From Lachnospiraceae bacterium (GTDB taxonomy: Bacteria > Bacillota > Clostridia > Lachnospirales > Lachnospiraceae): DNA of 64,000 nucleotides. The DNA lies in contig JAPJQL010000005.1 in the NCBI GenBank assembly GCA_030825115.1, positions 2,068 through 66,067 on the forward strand, read 5' to 3'. Within the stretch, counting starts at the first letter, position 1, and each line of letters opens with the position of its first letter. Position numbers and translations under genes: made by a program. Of the stretch, positions 1 through 9,316 are shown piece by piece. The notes under the pieces are model-generated. The model searched no databases, had not been told where the DNA came from, and was given only the letters and a program-made list of their open reading frames with translations.

Positions 1-649
1 AAGGCAATCCTGATTTCAAAATCCGTAAAATATACAGGTATTTGTCCACAGGGTCATAGATGGCTTCATAGTCATTGTTATTCGGTATATGTTGTGCAAT
101 TTTCCCCCGTGGGAAGAATATCTGTTCCAATTGCAGTTCCGGTTGTGATGGCTCCCGTGGCACACTGTGTGAAATCTCACGAAACCATTCTTTGTATGAA
201 GCCAAAGCACGGTTCGAGGCTGCATACGACAGCCCGAATGTATCATGAATCCGATCCGCGTCCCGATAGCCATACTTATGTATGAGAATGCGGGGAGCAA
301 GGAAGTGGCTGGCGAATTCATCAGCATCATCTTCGTTTTCCTTAGTATCTTCTTCATGACCTAATATGTTGTGTCCAAACTCATGCATAAGCGAAAATAG
401 AACTCTTGAATTTGATTGCTGTTCATTATAGGCTATTATATTTGCAAATGTGAATGAGTCTTTTGAATATGCAATTGCCAATTCATAAATACGCTTGTTT
501 AATTGCTGCAATTCACTATAAGAGTATATCTTAAATCCATAGTGGCCAATAACCGATGTGTGGTCAATAGGAAAAGTTTGTATATTACATTCAATATATA
601 TCTTGACAATCTTTTCCATCAAAACGCAATGAGTAATTGAATGAAGCAT
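1..649 (-). CDS. ImmA/IrrE-family metallopeptidase (anti-repressor), runs off the window edge
   Basis: Hand translation from ATG 649: MLHSITHC...FSLMHEFGHNILGH...EDDADEFASHFLAP (HExxH plus downstream E); open to position 1; directly downstream of the repressor. Confidence 0.85.
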   Translation of the reverse strand, partial: MLHSITHCVLMEKIVKIYIECNIQTFPIDHTSVIGHYGFKIYSYSELQQLNKRIYELAIAYSKDSFTFANIIAYNEQQSNSRVLFSLMHEFGHNILGHEEDTKENEDDADEFASHFLAPRILIHKYGYRDADRIHDTFGLSYAASNRALASYKEWFREISHSVPREPSQPELQLEQIFFPRGKIAQHIPNNNDYEAIYDPVDKYLYILRILKSGLP

Positions 650-666
650 AGTTATAATTACATTCC

Positions 667-981
667 TTAATTTATTTCGGACAAAAGTTTGATTAATTCC
701 ATTTTTTGCTCAGTCGTCATGTTTTTACCATTTCTTGCGATTAACCTCTTTGTATCCTCATAAGTAGGTTCTTTAAGTGGAATAGAGTCATCACAAAAAT
801 ATTCTGGTTCTACACCAAGTTCTTTTGAAATTCTAATAAGAACCTCAATATCTGCTTTTTTGCTATCTCGCCTTATCATTGAGTATATTGTAGTCGGTGC
901 GACACCTATTTTTTGTGCGAGTTCATTAGCATTTGTTCCTTGCTCCTTCATAATAGTATCCAGTTTTTTGCCAATTCCCAT
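667..981 (-). CDS. XRE-family HTH repressor (ImmR/CI-like)
   Basis: N-terminal HTH (ELAQKIGVAPTTIYS); divergent from cro and upstream of immA-like gene. Confidence 0.9.
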   Translation of the reverse strand: MGIGKKLDTIMKEQGTNANELAQKIGVAPTTIYSMIRRDSKKADIEVLIRISKELGVEPEYFCDDSIPLKEPTYEDTKRLIARNGKNMTTEQKMELIKLLSEIN

Positions 982-1010
982 TTCTTTTCACCTCACTTAT
1001 ATATAATACT

Positions 1011-1120
1011 AGCATATTTGAGTATATAAGTAAATAAAAAAATTGGCAAATGAGTAAAAAACTGTTGACAATATGCTCGAATGAGTATATCATTTAAACA
1101 TGACTCAACGCAAATGCGTA
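1011..1120. promoter_or_regulatory. Genetic switch: lytic promoter and four candidate 14-bp operators
   Basis: TTGACA 1065-1070, 17 bp, TATCAT 1088-1093; related pseudo-palindromes at 1011 (agcatatttgagta), 1043 (ttggcaaatgagta), 1074 (tgctcgaatgagta), 1107 (aacgcaaatgcgta). Confidence 0.7.
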
Positions 1121-1141
1121 TATAGAAGGGGGTGAAAGTAA

Positions 1142-1351
1142 ATGCCATACTCAAATTTGAAAGCGGAAATGGGACGATATGATATCACTATTGAGGCAAT
1201 CGCAACAACATTAGGAATCCATCGGAATAGCGTTTCTTACAAATTGAATAAAGGTGGTTCTTTTTCAATTGAGGAAGCTGATGTAATTCAGAAAACATTT
1301 TTCCCCAATATTCCATTATCAACACTTTTTCAAAAAGACAATATGGAATAA
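1142..1351 (+). CDS. Cro-like HTH regulator
   Basis: 69 aa HTH, first gene of the lytic operon. Confidence 0.85.
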   Translation: MPYSNLKAEMGRYDITIEAIATTLGIHRNSVSYKLNKGGSFSIEEADVIQKTFFPNIPLSTLFQKDNME

Positions 1352-1435
1352 AACAAACGTCTGTTCGATAAAACTAATATATCATTATCGAACGTAGGTG
1401 TCAATGGGAAAGCGAGGAAAGGAGGTGAGGTAAAA

Positions 1436-1624
1436 ATGCGGAGAGAAACTGTAATTTCAGTAGAAAAACCATTGACTGCATTACAGAGAAAAAATTTTAA
1501 GAAGGAGCATCCTGGATATCGTTTGTGTCTTAGACTTCGCTATCCAAATGCTCCGCTGATTATTTCAATAATTGTTCTATTGCTTGTAGTAGCAGAGCCA
1601 ATTCTTGTCGATATGCTCCGATAG
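1436..1624 (+). CDS. Hypothetical protein with C-terminal transmembrane segment
   Basis: Strong RBS GGAGGTG; hydrophobic C-terminus. Confidence 0.6.
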   Translation: MRRETVISVEKPLTALQRKNFKKEHPGYRLCLRLRYPNAPLIISIIVLLLVVAEPILVDMLR

Positions 1625-1922
1625 CAGCGAAGATGGAGATGATTATAGGGACCAGCCAATGTATTTTATCTGCTTTTAATTCAGATAAATAAGCTTTTCC
1701 ATTCTCGGAAATTTTTACGGAAATAAGTTGAATCTCGATTTTGGAAACTTGTCCTGAGCCAAAAGGGAAAAATCCATCCTTTGTTTTAGCATCAAGGAGA
1801 CCTTCAGAACGAAGAAATTTTATAACAGCCAGTTCTTGTTCTGAGAGGTGAGAGCAGTTTAAATCTCCTAACCTTTTTATTTTTTTAAGCATTTTTAATT
1901 GATTGGGCGATAGTTGTTTCAA
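1560..1922 (-). CDS. Hypothetical membrane-anchored protein on the lysogeny strand
   Basis: 120 aa, AT-rich, RBS AGGGGGG, C-terminal TM segment. Confidence 0.65.
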   Translation of the reverse strand: MKQLSPNQLKMLKKIKRLGDLNCSHLSEQELAVIKFLRSEGLLDAKTKDGFFPFGSGQVSKIEIQLISVKISENGKAYLSELKADKIHWLVPIIISIFAAIGAYRQELALLLQAIEQLLK

Positions 1923-1937
1923 TAGTTATTCCCCCCT

Positions 1938-2294
1938 TTGTGCGATAAAGAGATTGTATCACATGGAGGAAAAGATTACCAGAGCAGAAAGGAGAGTGAA
2001 GGAGTGGCAAAAACAAAACCATCTGAAATTGAGGAACGCAGGAGGCTTGTACGGGCTTGTGTTGCAAGTAAGCGTGAACTTAACGGTTGGGATAACAAGC
2101 AAGTGGCCGCGAAGTGCCGTTTCTCTGTAGACACTTTACGAAACAGGATGGACAGACCGGAGACATTTACACTGGAGGAACTTTGGAATATGGGAATCAT
2201 GATCTACATATATGATGGACAGTCAAAGCTTCCAGATGGTGACGGATTAGTGGAGATTTCAGGGAGAGGAGGTGAACGACAATGTGTGAACTGA
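1938..2294 (+). CDS. HTH-like phage protein (true start probably downstream)
   Basis: NKQVAAKCRFSVDTLRNRMDRPETFTLEEL is HTH-like. Confidence 0.6.
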   Translation: MCDKEIVSHGGKDYQSRKESEGVAKTKPSEIEERRRLVRACVASKRELNGWDNKQVAAKCRFSVDTLRNRMDRPETFTLEELWNMGIMIYIYDGQSKLPDGDGLVEISGRGGERQCVN

Positions 2295-2470
2295 AATACA
2301 TACCGGTGCAGAGCCGACCGCGGCAGGAGCCGGAGCCTGCGGAGCATAAGCCTACGCTGGCAGACATCTGCGACCGGTTTGAGGGCATCGTGTTCGTCTA
2401 CTGGCTGCTGGGGATGTGCACGCAGGGCGCGGTGATCTGGCTGTTAGTCAATATTGTAAAGGCGGTGTAG
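2282..2470 (+). CDS. Hypothetical membrane protein
   Basis: RBS GGAGGTG; hydrophobic C-terminus. Confidence 0.65.
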   Translation: MCELKYIPVQSRPRQEPEPAEHKPTLADICDRFEGIVFVYWLLGMCTQGAVIWLLVNIVKAV

Positions 2471-2473
2471 GCG

Positions 2474-2593
2474 ATGGGCGCAGCAACATGCCGGACATGC
2501 CGTTACGGCAGCCGGTGCCTGGAGCGGAGCCGGATGTACCCGTGCAGGGATTATCAGGAGAGAAAGGAGGAGGACTATGAGATGCTCGGATAA
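2474..2593 (+). CDS. Small Cys-rich protein (39 aa)
   Basis: Hand translation MGAATCRTCRYGSRCLERSRMYPCRDY... Confidence 0.5.
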   Translation: MGAATCRTCRYGSRCLERSRMYPCRDYQERKEEDYEMLG

Positions 2594-2717
2594 TTGCGGT
2601 TATTACTGGCAGGATGAGAATGATGATCACCCAAGATGCCATTTTGATAACTGGAATCAAATCGGAAAAGCCCCATGCGAACAGGAAGAATTCCAAGACT
2701 TCGAAGATTACATCTAA
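2577..2717 (+). CDS. Small Cys-rich acidic protein (46 aa)
   Basis: RBS GGAGGA; MRCSDNCGYYWQDEND...EDYI. Confidence 0.55.
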   Translation: MRCSDNCGYYWQDENDDHPRCHFDNWNQIGKAPCEQEEFQDFEDYI

Positions 2718-2777
2718 AATTATTCCCGCCATGGCGGAGCTGGATGTATCCGTGCAGGGATTATGAGAGGAAGGAGG

Positions 2778-3113
2778 ATGGCAAGGATGAAAGACAGGCT
2801 GAAAAAGAAAGCTGAAAAGCGTAAGCGTAAGATGGTGCACCAGCTGCTTGACCTGGCGCTGGATATCAACGGATTGGAGCGACGTAAGCAGGAAATCACA
2901 GGGAATTTACCGACAGTATTTTTTAATTTCTCTGGGCATATCTGCGTGGTGGAGATAGAGATATGTGCAGACGGATGGTATCCGGGCGCGGTCAAAGACA
3001 AGGGGCTATGGCTGGATGCCAAAGACCAGAAAAAGCTGCTGGATGGGATACAGGAGATGAGGGCGATAAAAGCAGAAACCCCAGCTGCGGGAACAGCCGG
3101 GGGATCAAGGTAA
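2778..3113 (+). CDS. Hypothetical phage protein
   Basis: ORF with RBS in early operon. Confidence 0.7.
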   Translation: MARMKDRLKKKAEKRKRKMVHQLLDLALDINGLERRKQEITGNLPTVFFNFSGHICVVEIEICADGWYPGAVKDKGLWLDAKDQKKLLDGIQEMRAIKAETPAAGTAGGSR

Positions 3114-3165
3114 TACAAAAACCATTTACACCCCCATTATAGGGGGATTTGAGGAGGATTGCAAG

Positions 3166-3666
3166 ATGAATTTGAGATTACATGACTTAACTGAGCAGTA
3201 TGAGGTTTTATTGGATATGATGTACGACCCAGAAGTGGACGAGCAGACGGTCCGGGACACCATGGAAGCTATCTGGGGCGAGATCGAGGACAAGGCTGAT
3301 GGGTACGCCAAGATCATTTTTGGCATGAAGGCGGACATTGAGGTGCTGCAAGCAGAGGAGAGACGCCTGCAGGCACGCCGCCAGAGCCTGGAAGCCCGCC
3401 AGAAGTGGCTGAAAGAGAACCTGATGGCGAACATGCAGGCGATCGGCAAGGAGAAGTTCAAGACTGCGCTGTTCTCCTTCTCTATCCAGAAGAACGGTGG
3501 AAAGGAGCCCTTGGTCATTGATGGGGGCATTGAAGACATCCCAGGCAAGTTTCTCATCCCACAGCCCCCGGCTGTCGACAATGATGCAGTGCGTGCGCTG
3601 CTGGCAGAGAAGCAGGTTGACTGGGCACACCTGGAGCCGCGCGGCGTGCACCTGGGTATCCGGTGA
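3166..3666 (+). CDS. Siphovirus Gp157-family protein
   Basis: EIEDKADGYAKII...KFKTALFSFSIQKN pattern; coiled coil; precedes recombinase. Confidence 0.85.
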   Translation: MNLRLHDLTEQYEVLLDMMYDPEVDEQTVRDTMEAIWGEIEDKADGYAKIIFGMKADIEVLQAEERRLQARRQSLEARQKWLKENLMANMQAIGKEKFKTALFSFSIQKNGGKEPLVIDGGIEDIPGKFLIPQPPAVDNDAVRALLAEKQVDWAHLEPRGVHLGIR

Positions 3667-3899
3667 TGGGGCGGCAGGAGATCACTCCGTTCCGTATGCA
3701 GGTGCTGATGGATGTGGCAGCCCGTATCGTTAAGATCATGGTAACGGGCGCATGGCACCTGTCTTTTGAAGAGATGGACATGGTGCTGGCACTGGTGCGG
3801 CATGGGATGGAAGAAAGCATTGAGAGGAATAAGAGAGGAGACAGTGAAGATGTTCTTGAAGACAGGGGAAATGAAGAAGATCATGAAGTCCAGCCTTAA
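3663..3899 (+). CDS. Hypothetical protein
   Basis: Overlapping, translationally coupled ORF. Confidence 0.6.
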   Translation: MMGRQEITPFRMQVLMDVAARIVKIMVTGAWHLSFEEMDMVLALVRHGMEESIERNKRGDSEDVLEDRGNEEDHEVQP

Positions 3900-4542
3900 G
3901 CGGCATGGGCTGATCGTGGGAAACATTGACGGCCGTTACCTGGTGTATTCTGATAACTGGGGCGTGTATGTGGAGCACGCTTTTGCCACAAACAAGTTCA
4001 AGGCAGCCATCATGGAGCTGATCGGCGACCTGCCGGAGCCATATGAGTGCTACATGTATACAATTGAGCCAGACAAGGAGCTGAAGCAGGAGCGGGTATT
4101 GGACTACCCGGACCCGTATGAGCTGTGGAAGGAGGCAAAGGACTTTGGGGCGATTGCCCCCATGTACCTGGTAGCGTGGCCACACGAGTACGTGGTTTAC
4201 CAGCGCAAGAGCGACCTCAGGTTCATTGTTGCGCTGCGGGGCCTTACCACGGCAGCGATCTCGTCCAGTGAGCTTGACCAGTCATCGGAGTCGATGCCGG
4301 GCAGGCCGTGCATCCTGAATGGCCAGGTGGTGTATTACAAGAACGAATCAACCATCTACTGGGTACATACAGAATCTCCAGGGCACCGTGCGTTGGAAGT
4401 CCTGTTCCCGCACATGAGGGGCATCAGCTTCTTTGAGGATGACTGGCTGGAGAAAGAAGCCATGGAAGCGGAATCCGGTGAGTCAGACGGGGATGATGCT
4501 GATGCGACGGAGGAAACGGCAGACGAGCAGCTGCCATATTAG
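3850..4542 (+). CDS. Hypothetical phage protein
   Basis: Long ORF, RBS upstream of ATG 3850. Confidence 0.7.
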   Translation: MFLKTGEMKKIMKSSLKRHGLIVGNIDGRYLVYSDNWGVYVEHAFATNKFKAAIMELIGDLPEPYECYMYTIEPDKELKQERVLDYPDPYELWKEAKDFGAIAPMYLVAWPHEYVVYQRKSDLRFIVALRGLTTAAISSSELDQSSESMPGRPCILNGQVVYYKNESTIYWVHTESPGHRALEVLFPHMRGISFFEDDWLEKEAMEAESGESDGDDADATEETADEQLPY

Positions 4543-4553
4543 AGGAGGACACC

Positions 4554-5207
4554 ATGGGATTGCCAGTATTGATCTATGGGAAATCCGGGAGCGGGAAATC
4601 CCGGAGCCTAAAATTTTTTGATGAAGATGAGATTGTCCTGCTGAACACAGAGATGAAGGAACTTCCATTCCGCAAGCGCTTCAAGAAGACTGGGAGCAGT
4701 GACGATGTTGGGAAGATTATAGCAACAATCAACCAAAACCCAGAAAAAGTATTCGTGATCGATGATGCCGGGTATATCATGACACATCATTTCATGGCGA
4801 ACCACCGGAATAAAAAAGGGAACGCTTCATTTGAAATGTACGACGATATTGCGGATGCTATGTATTGGCTGGTAAAAAGGGTCAAGACCGAGGTAGAGGA
4901 CCCGGAAAAAATAGTGTATATCATTTTCCATGAGGATACGGATGATTATGGGGTTTCGCGGCTTAGGACGATTGGGAAGCAGCTGGACAGGAAAGTATGC
5001 CTGGAAGGGATGGTCACAATCTGTATACGCTGCATGAGTGAAAACGGGAACCATTTCTTCCGGACGGTTACTGATGGCTCTGATATCACCAAAACCCCAG
5101 AAGAGATGTTTGATGGACCGGAGATTGAAAATAATCTGAAATTAGTAGACGATTCCATCCGTGAATTTTATGGATGGAAGAAAAAGGAGGACAAGAACCA
5201 TGATTAA
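4554..5207 (+). CDS. AAA-family ATPase, Sak4-like single-strand annealing recombinase
   Basis: Walker A GKSGSGKS, Walker B VIDD; followed by SSB-like gene. Confidence 0.8.
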   Translation: MGLPVLIYGKSGSGKSRSLKFFDEDEIVLLNTEMKELPFRKRFKKTGSSDDVGKIIATINQNPEKVFVIDDAGYIMTHHFMANHRNKKGNASFEMYDDIADAMYWLVKRVKTEVEDPEKIVYIIFHEDTDDYGVSRLRTIGKQLDRKVCLEGMVTICIRCMSENGNHFFRTVTDGSDITKTPEEMFDGPEIENNLKLVDDSIREFYGWKKKEDKNHD

Positions 5208-5811
5208 GAAACCGCAGGGATACGACGAGGCGCCGGCATTTACCGGTGAGTTCCAGCAATTGCCGAAGGGTAAATATGTATGTGTCATCAAGCAGGTAGC
5301 TACAAAGGAGAGTAAAAATGGGAACCCGCAGTTCATTATTCTTTATGACATCGCAGAAGGTGAACATAAAGACTTCTACCAGAAGATGTTCGAGGCAGAC
5401 AAAGCACAGAGCGCCGATGCGAAATGGCGCGGCGTGTTCAGGCAGAATATGGATGGCCGGGGGCTGTCATGGTTTAAAGGCGTAATCACAGCCATCGAGC
5501 GGTCAAACAATTTCACGTTTCAGTGGGATAAGGAAAACAATGAAAAGACATTGCAGGGGAAGAAATTCGGGGGCATCTTCCGGCGCCGTCAGTATGAAGC
5601 TGAGAATGGTAGCCGCCCAACCGTTACTGAACTGTTCCGGATCCGTAGCGTGGCCGGGCTGGCTGAGGCAGAGATACCGGAAGACGAAATGCTTCCGGAC
5701 GCGCCGGTGGGAAGGCAGTCCCCAGCGCAGGCAGTGATGCCGTCATCGGTGGGTGATGGATTCATGAATATCCCGGACGGGGTTGAGGATGATGCCATCC
5801 CTTTCCTGTAA
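5200..5811 (+). CDS. Phage ssDNA-binding protein (DUF669-like)
   Basis: LPKGKYVCVIK motif; acidic tail DDAIPFL. Confidence 0.75.
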   Translation: MIKKPQGYDEAPAFTGEFQQLPKGKYVCVIKQVATKESKNGNPQFIILYDIAEGEHKDFYQKMFEADKAQSADAKWRGVFRQNMDGRGLSWFKGVITAIERSNNFTFQWDKENNEKTLQGKKFGGIFRRRQYEAENGSRPTVTELFRIRSVAGLAEAEIPEDEMLPDAPVGRQSPAQAVMPSSVGDGFMNIPDGVEDDAIPFL

Positions 5812-6010
5812 GCCGGGGGCTTACAATCCCGGCTTACAGTTCTGGATTGATCGGCCGGAGGCTTCCAGATCCGGAAGAATTCGACCTGAGACGGATTGAT
5901 GATGAGGACCTGGAAGTCCTGCCCGGTGGGATCCATTGTGCGGATGACATCGGGGATAACGGATGGATGTTCTCTATGGAAGGGCTGCTTGGAGGTGTGA
6001 GGTTCTGCTG

Positions 6011-6616
6011 ATGCGAAAAGATTATGACCCGGAGCTCTGCCGGAAAGTGAAGGAGTCCGTGAGTATGCAGCAGGCCGTGGAGTACTGCGGACTGCAAGTT
6101 CGGAACGGGAAGTGTCTATGCCCGTTCCACCAGGACCGGCGCCCAAGCATGAAAATCTACCCAGACGGGAAAGGATATTACTGTTTTTCCTGCGGCTCTG
6201 GGGGCGACCAGATCAAGTTCGTGGCGCGGTACCGGGACATAGGCAACTATGAGGCAGCAAAGGAACTGGCCGGGGCGTTCGGTGTTCCGGTCCAGGCTCC
6301 GGAAACATACCGGGAGAAACGCGAGGCAGAGAAGTGCCGGAGACGCCGGCGGGAGCTTGACCGGTTTGTGAGGCGGTCGAAGATATACCTGACGGCATAT
6401 CGGGGGCTGCTCTGCGAGGCGATACGCGAGCGAAATGAGCATTTCTGGGAGGGGATTGGAAACCTGACCTATGTGGAATACCTGCTTGACTGTCTGGAGC
6501 AGTGCCCGGAGGAACTATATGCAGACAGGAAGGCGGTGATGGAGATTGGAAAGGTCGAAGGACGAATTGCTGGCTGGTATATCCGCGTTGAAGCCGACGG
6601 AACCATTTCCAGATGA
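6011..6616 (+). CDS. CHC2 zinc-finger (primase zinc-binding domain) protein
   Basis: CPFHQDRRPS...CFSCG. Confidence 0.85.
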   Translation: MRKDYDPELCRKVKESVSMQQAVEYCGLQVRNGKCLCPFHQDRRPSMKIYPDGKGYYCFSCGSGGDQIKFVARYRDIGNYEAAKELAGAFGVPVQAPETYREKREAEKCRRRRRELDRFVRRSKIYLTAYRGLLCEAIRERNEHFWEGIGNLTYVEYLLDCLEQCPEELYADRKAVMEIGKVEGRIAGWYIRVEADGTISR

Positions 6617-8438
6617 GGTATTCTACCAGATTTTTGAGATTGATGACAACATAGAACGTACGCAGTACATTGAATCGTTAAGGTCTGAAGCCAGAAGGCT
6701 GAAACGGGTAACAGAATTTAATAACCTATACAAGTCCTTCGTGCTTGACTATTCCCAGCGCCAGAAACAGACAGGGAATAAGACGAAGTTTACTGGGCAG
6801 CCACTGGAGCTCGTGTGCGGGGAATGGACGGCCAATGACCTGGGTGTGCGGACCATACGGTATGACAAGAATGCCATGCCGGTCCCGTTCCAGGCCTGTA
6901 GCCATCCAGTCCTCCCGGTAGAGATACTGAAGAACGTGGATACCGCGCAGGAACGTATCACGCTTGCTTATTACAAGTCCGCATCCTGGCAGCAGATTAC
7001 GGTTGACCGCAGCGTGTGCGCGAATACAAACAAGATCGTGGACGCGCTCAGCCAGTTTGGGATTGAGGTTACGTCAGACAATGCAAAGAACATGGTCCGT
7101 TACATATCTGACTGCGTCGGGCTGAACCCGGCAATTCTGGACCCAAAGAAGTCTGTCAACCGCTTAGGCTGGGTAGGGAGTGCCTTTACGCCCTATGCGG
7201 ATGATATCCGGTATGAGGGCGATTCGGACTATGAAGTGATCTTCCGGAACGTAAAAGAAGCGGGGAACTTTGAAACCTGGAGGAGCCTATGCGCCAATTT
7301 GCGGGGGAATATCCCGCTGCGGATGATGATGGCAGCCAGCTTCGCCTCGGTGCTCCTGGAGCCGCTAAAAGTCCTTCCGTTTGTGCTCCATGTCTGGGGA
7401 ACGACAGGAACATGCAAGACGGTGGCGCTGATGGTATCCATGAGTATCTGGGGGAACCCGAAGATGGGAGGGCTGGTCAAGACCATGAACATGACCCGGA
7501 ATGCCATCATGCGTAACGCTGCATTTTTATGCAGCATCCCGTTTGCCGGCGATGAGCTGCAGACCATCAAGGATAAGTGGCAGGGGAACTTCGACCAGCT
7601 GATCTACCAGATAACCGAGGGCGTGGACCGCGGCCGTGCGAGGGCATATGGGGGCGTCGAGGAGACCAGGACATGGAAGAACAGTTTCCTGTTTACAGGC
7701 GAGGAGCCGATCACGAAAGCGAATTCCGGAGGCGGAAGCAAGAATCGTGTCATTGAGATCGCAATCGACGGTGCACTGGTAGAGGACGGTCATTATGTAA
7801 GCAGTGTGGTGCAGGAGAACTATGGGTTCGCCGGAAGGAGATTTGTGGAATACATGCAGGAGACTGAGACTGAAAAACTGACTGCGCGGTACCGGGAAAT
7901 TTTTGAGGAACTTTGCCGGCTGGACACGACGGACAAGCAGGCCATGGCGATGGCGTGCATCCTGCTTGCGGATGAGATCGCAAGCCAGCTTTTTTTCGCG
8001 GATGATAAGCCATTGACGGTTCAGAATGTAAAAAAGTATCTCCAGAGCGCATACGAGGTTGATGTCGCAGAGCGTGCTTACCAGTCCGTGCTCAACTGGG
8101 CTGCGAAGAATCCAGTGCGTTTCGAGGACCCGAAAGCAGACAATTCACCAAACAAAGGCGAGGTGTGGGGAAAAATTGACGGCGAAGTGCTGATCATCAA
8201 CCGGGATGTGCTGCTTGGGTACCTGGAGCAGAACCGGTTCGACTATACGGCCGTAAGCAAGAAATGGGCGGAGAAAGGGTATCTGATGCGGAACTCGCAG
8301 GGGAAAATGGTACACCAGACAAAAGTGTATGGTATTAAGTCCAGTTATGTTAAATTCTTGCTTCCTCAGGACGATGACAGTACGGACAAAGATGGGTTTA
8401 TGGTCATGGATGGGCAGGAAACGCTGCCTTTTGAATGA
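6546..8438 (+). CDS. DUF927-family replication helicase/primase-associated ATPase
   Basis: GTTGTCKT Walker A, DELQ, TGE motifs; followed by iterons. Confidence 0.8.
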   Translation: MERSKDELLAGISALKPTEPFPDEVFYQIFEIDDNIERTQYIESLRSEARRLKRVTEFNNLYKSFVLDYSQRQKQTGNKTKFTGQPLELVCGEWTANDLGVRTIRYDKNAMPVPFQACSHPVLPVEILKNVDTAQERITLAYYKSASWQQITVDRSVCANTNKIVDALSQFGIEVTSDNAKNMVRYISDCVGLNPAILDPKKSVNRLGWVGSAFTPYADDIRYEGDSDYEVIFRNVKEAGNFETWRSLCANLRGNIPLRMMMAASFASVLLEPLKVLPFVLHVWGTTGTCKTVALMVSMSIWGNPKMGGLVKTMNMTRNAIMRNAAFLCSIPFAGDELQTIKDKWQGNFDQLIYQITEGVDRGRARAYGGVEETRTWKNSFLFTGEEPITKANSGGGSKNRVIEIAIDGALVEDGHYVSSVVQENYGFAGRRFVEYMQETETEKLTARYREIFEELCRLDTTDKQAMAMACILLADEIASQLFFADDKPLTVQNVKKYLQSAYEVDVAERAYQSVLNWAAKNPVRFEDPKADNSPNKGEVWGKIDGEVLIINRDVLLGYLEQNRFDYTAVSKKWAEKGYLMRNSQGKMVHQTKVYGIKSSYVKFLLPQDDDSTDKDGFMVMDGQETLPFE

Positions 8439-8442
8439 AAAA

Positions 8443-8734
8443 GGTAAGACTTTTGACAAAAGGTAAGACCTTGGTAAGACCCTAGAGCCCGCATAAAATA
8501 AGGCTTTTTTAATAAAGTCTTACCTGTCTTACTGGTCTTACCTGTTTTATATATATCGTAGCGCGAGGAAAAAAGTTTGTAGAATATTTAACGATATATG
8601 TGCTTTTTTTCTCTTAAAATGTTGGTGTATATACGCGGGGATTTGGTAAGACAGTAAGACCCCACGTATTTGCAAGGGTTGCGGGGGTTTTCGAGGTAAG
8701 ATTCGCGTAAGACATTTTGGAAAAGAGGTAAGAC
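8443..8734. repeat. Iteron cluster, putative phage replication origin
   Basis: GTAAGAC seven times forward plus one GTAAGAT, and three inverted GTCTTAC (8517-8542), around an AT-rich core. Confidence 0.8.
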
Positions 8735-8736
8735 AT

Positions 8737-8886
8737 ATGGGAAGTAAAGGATTTATAAGGGTGGTTGAGTTTTTGTATGCCTTAAAAATGGTTATCGCAG
8801 CAATGAATAGGCTGACGGCATCAGACCTGAAGGTATTGGACCAGATAGCAGCCATCATGGAACAAGGAGATAAAGATGAGCAATAA
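8737..8886 (+). CDS. Small hypothetical protein (49 aa)
   Basis: Hand translation MGSKGFIRVVEF...; overlaps the next start. Confidence 0.45.
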   Translation: MGSKGFIRVVEFLYALKMVIAAMNRLTASDLKVLDQIAAIMEQGDKDEQ

Positions 8887-9316
8887 ATCAACAGGAACAA
8901 AGTTTGAGAGAGAATTTGCGGAGCTGCTGGCGAAGCACTGGTTCTGGGTACATATCTTCCAGGACAATAAAAACGGCCAGCCATGCGATGTGATCGCGGC
9001 CAGGGATGGCTGTGCCTACCTTTTTGACTGTAAGGACTGCCAGGGCAGTAAATTCCCGCTCAGCCGGATGGAGGAGAACCAGTACAATGCCATGAAGCTG
9101 TTCCAGCTGACCGGGAACAGGCGCGGGATGTTCGCGATCCGATTCCCGGAAACGGGGATATACCTGATAGATTTTGAGGTTTTAAAGGAACTGAAGGACA
9201 GCGGAGTGAACCAGATTGGAAAGGAGAACATCTCCCGGTACGGACGCAGCCTGCAGAGCTGGCTGGATGACCTGGACATTTTCCGCGAGCTGGCAAAAAA
9301 TGGAGCATGTGGATGA
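8876..9316 (+). CDS. Holliday junction resolvase, RecU/Hjc-like PD-(D/E)xK nuclease
   Basis: GTKFERE...PCD...LFDCK. Confidence 0.75.
   Translation: MSNKSTGTKFEREFAELLAKHWFWVHIFQDNKNGQPCDVIAARDGCAYLFDCKDCQGSKFPLSRMEENQYNAMKLFQLTGNRRGMFAIRFPETGIYLIDFEVLKELKDSGVNQIGKENISRYGRSLQSWLDDLDIFRELAKNGACG

Noticed and set aside
16..357. 113-aa ORF in the track
   Set aside because: Wrong frame; the real gene is the ImmA-like frame starting at 649 that runs off the window
8443..8734. CRISPR array
   Set aside because: 7-bp repeats in both orientations with irregular spacing, and no cas genes
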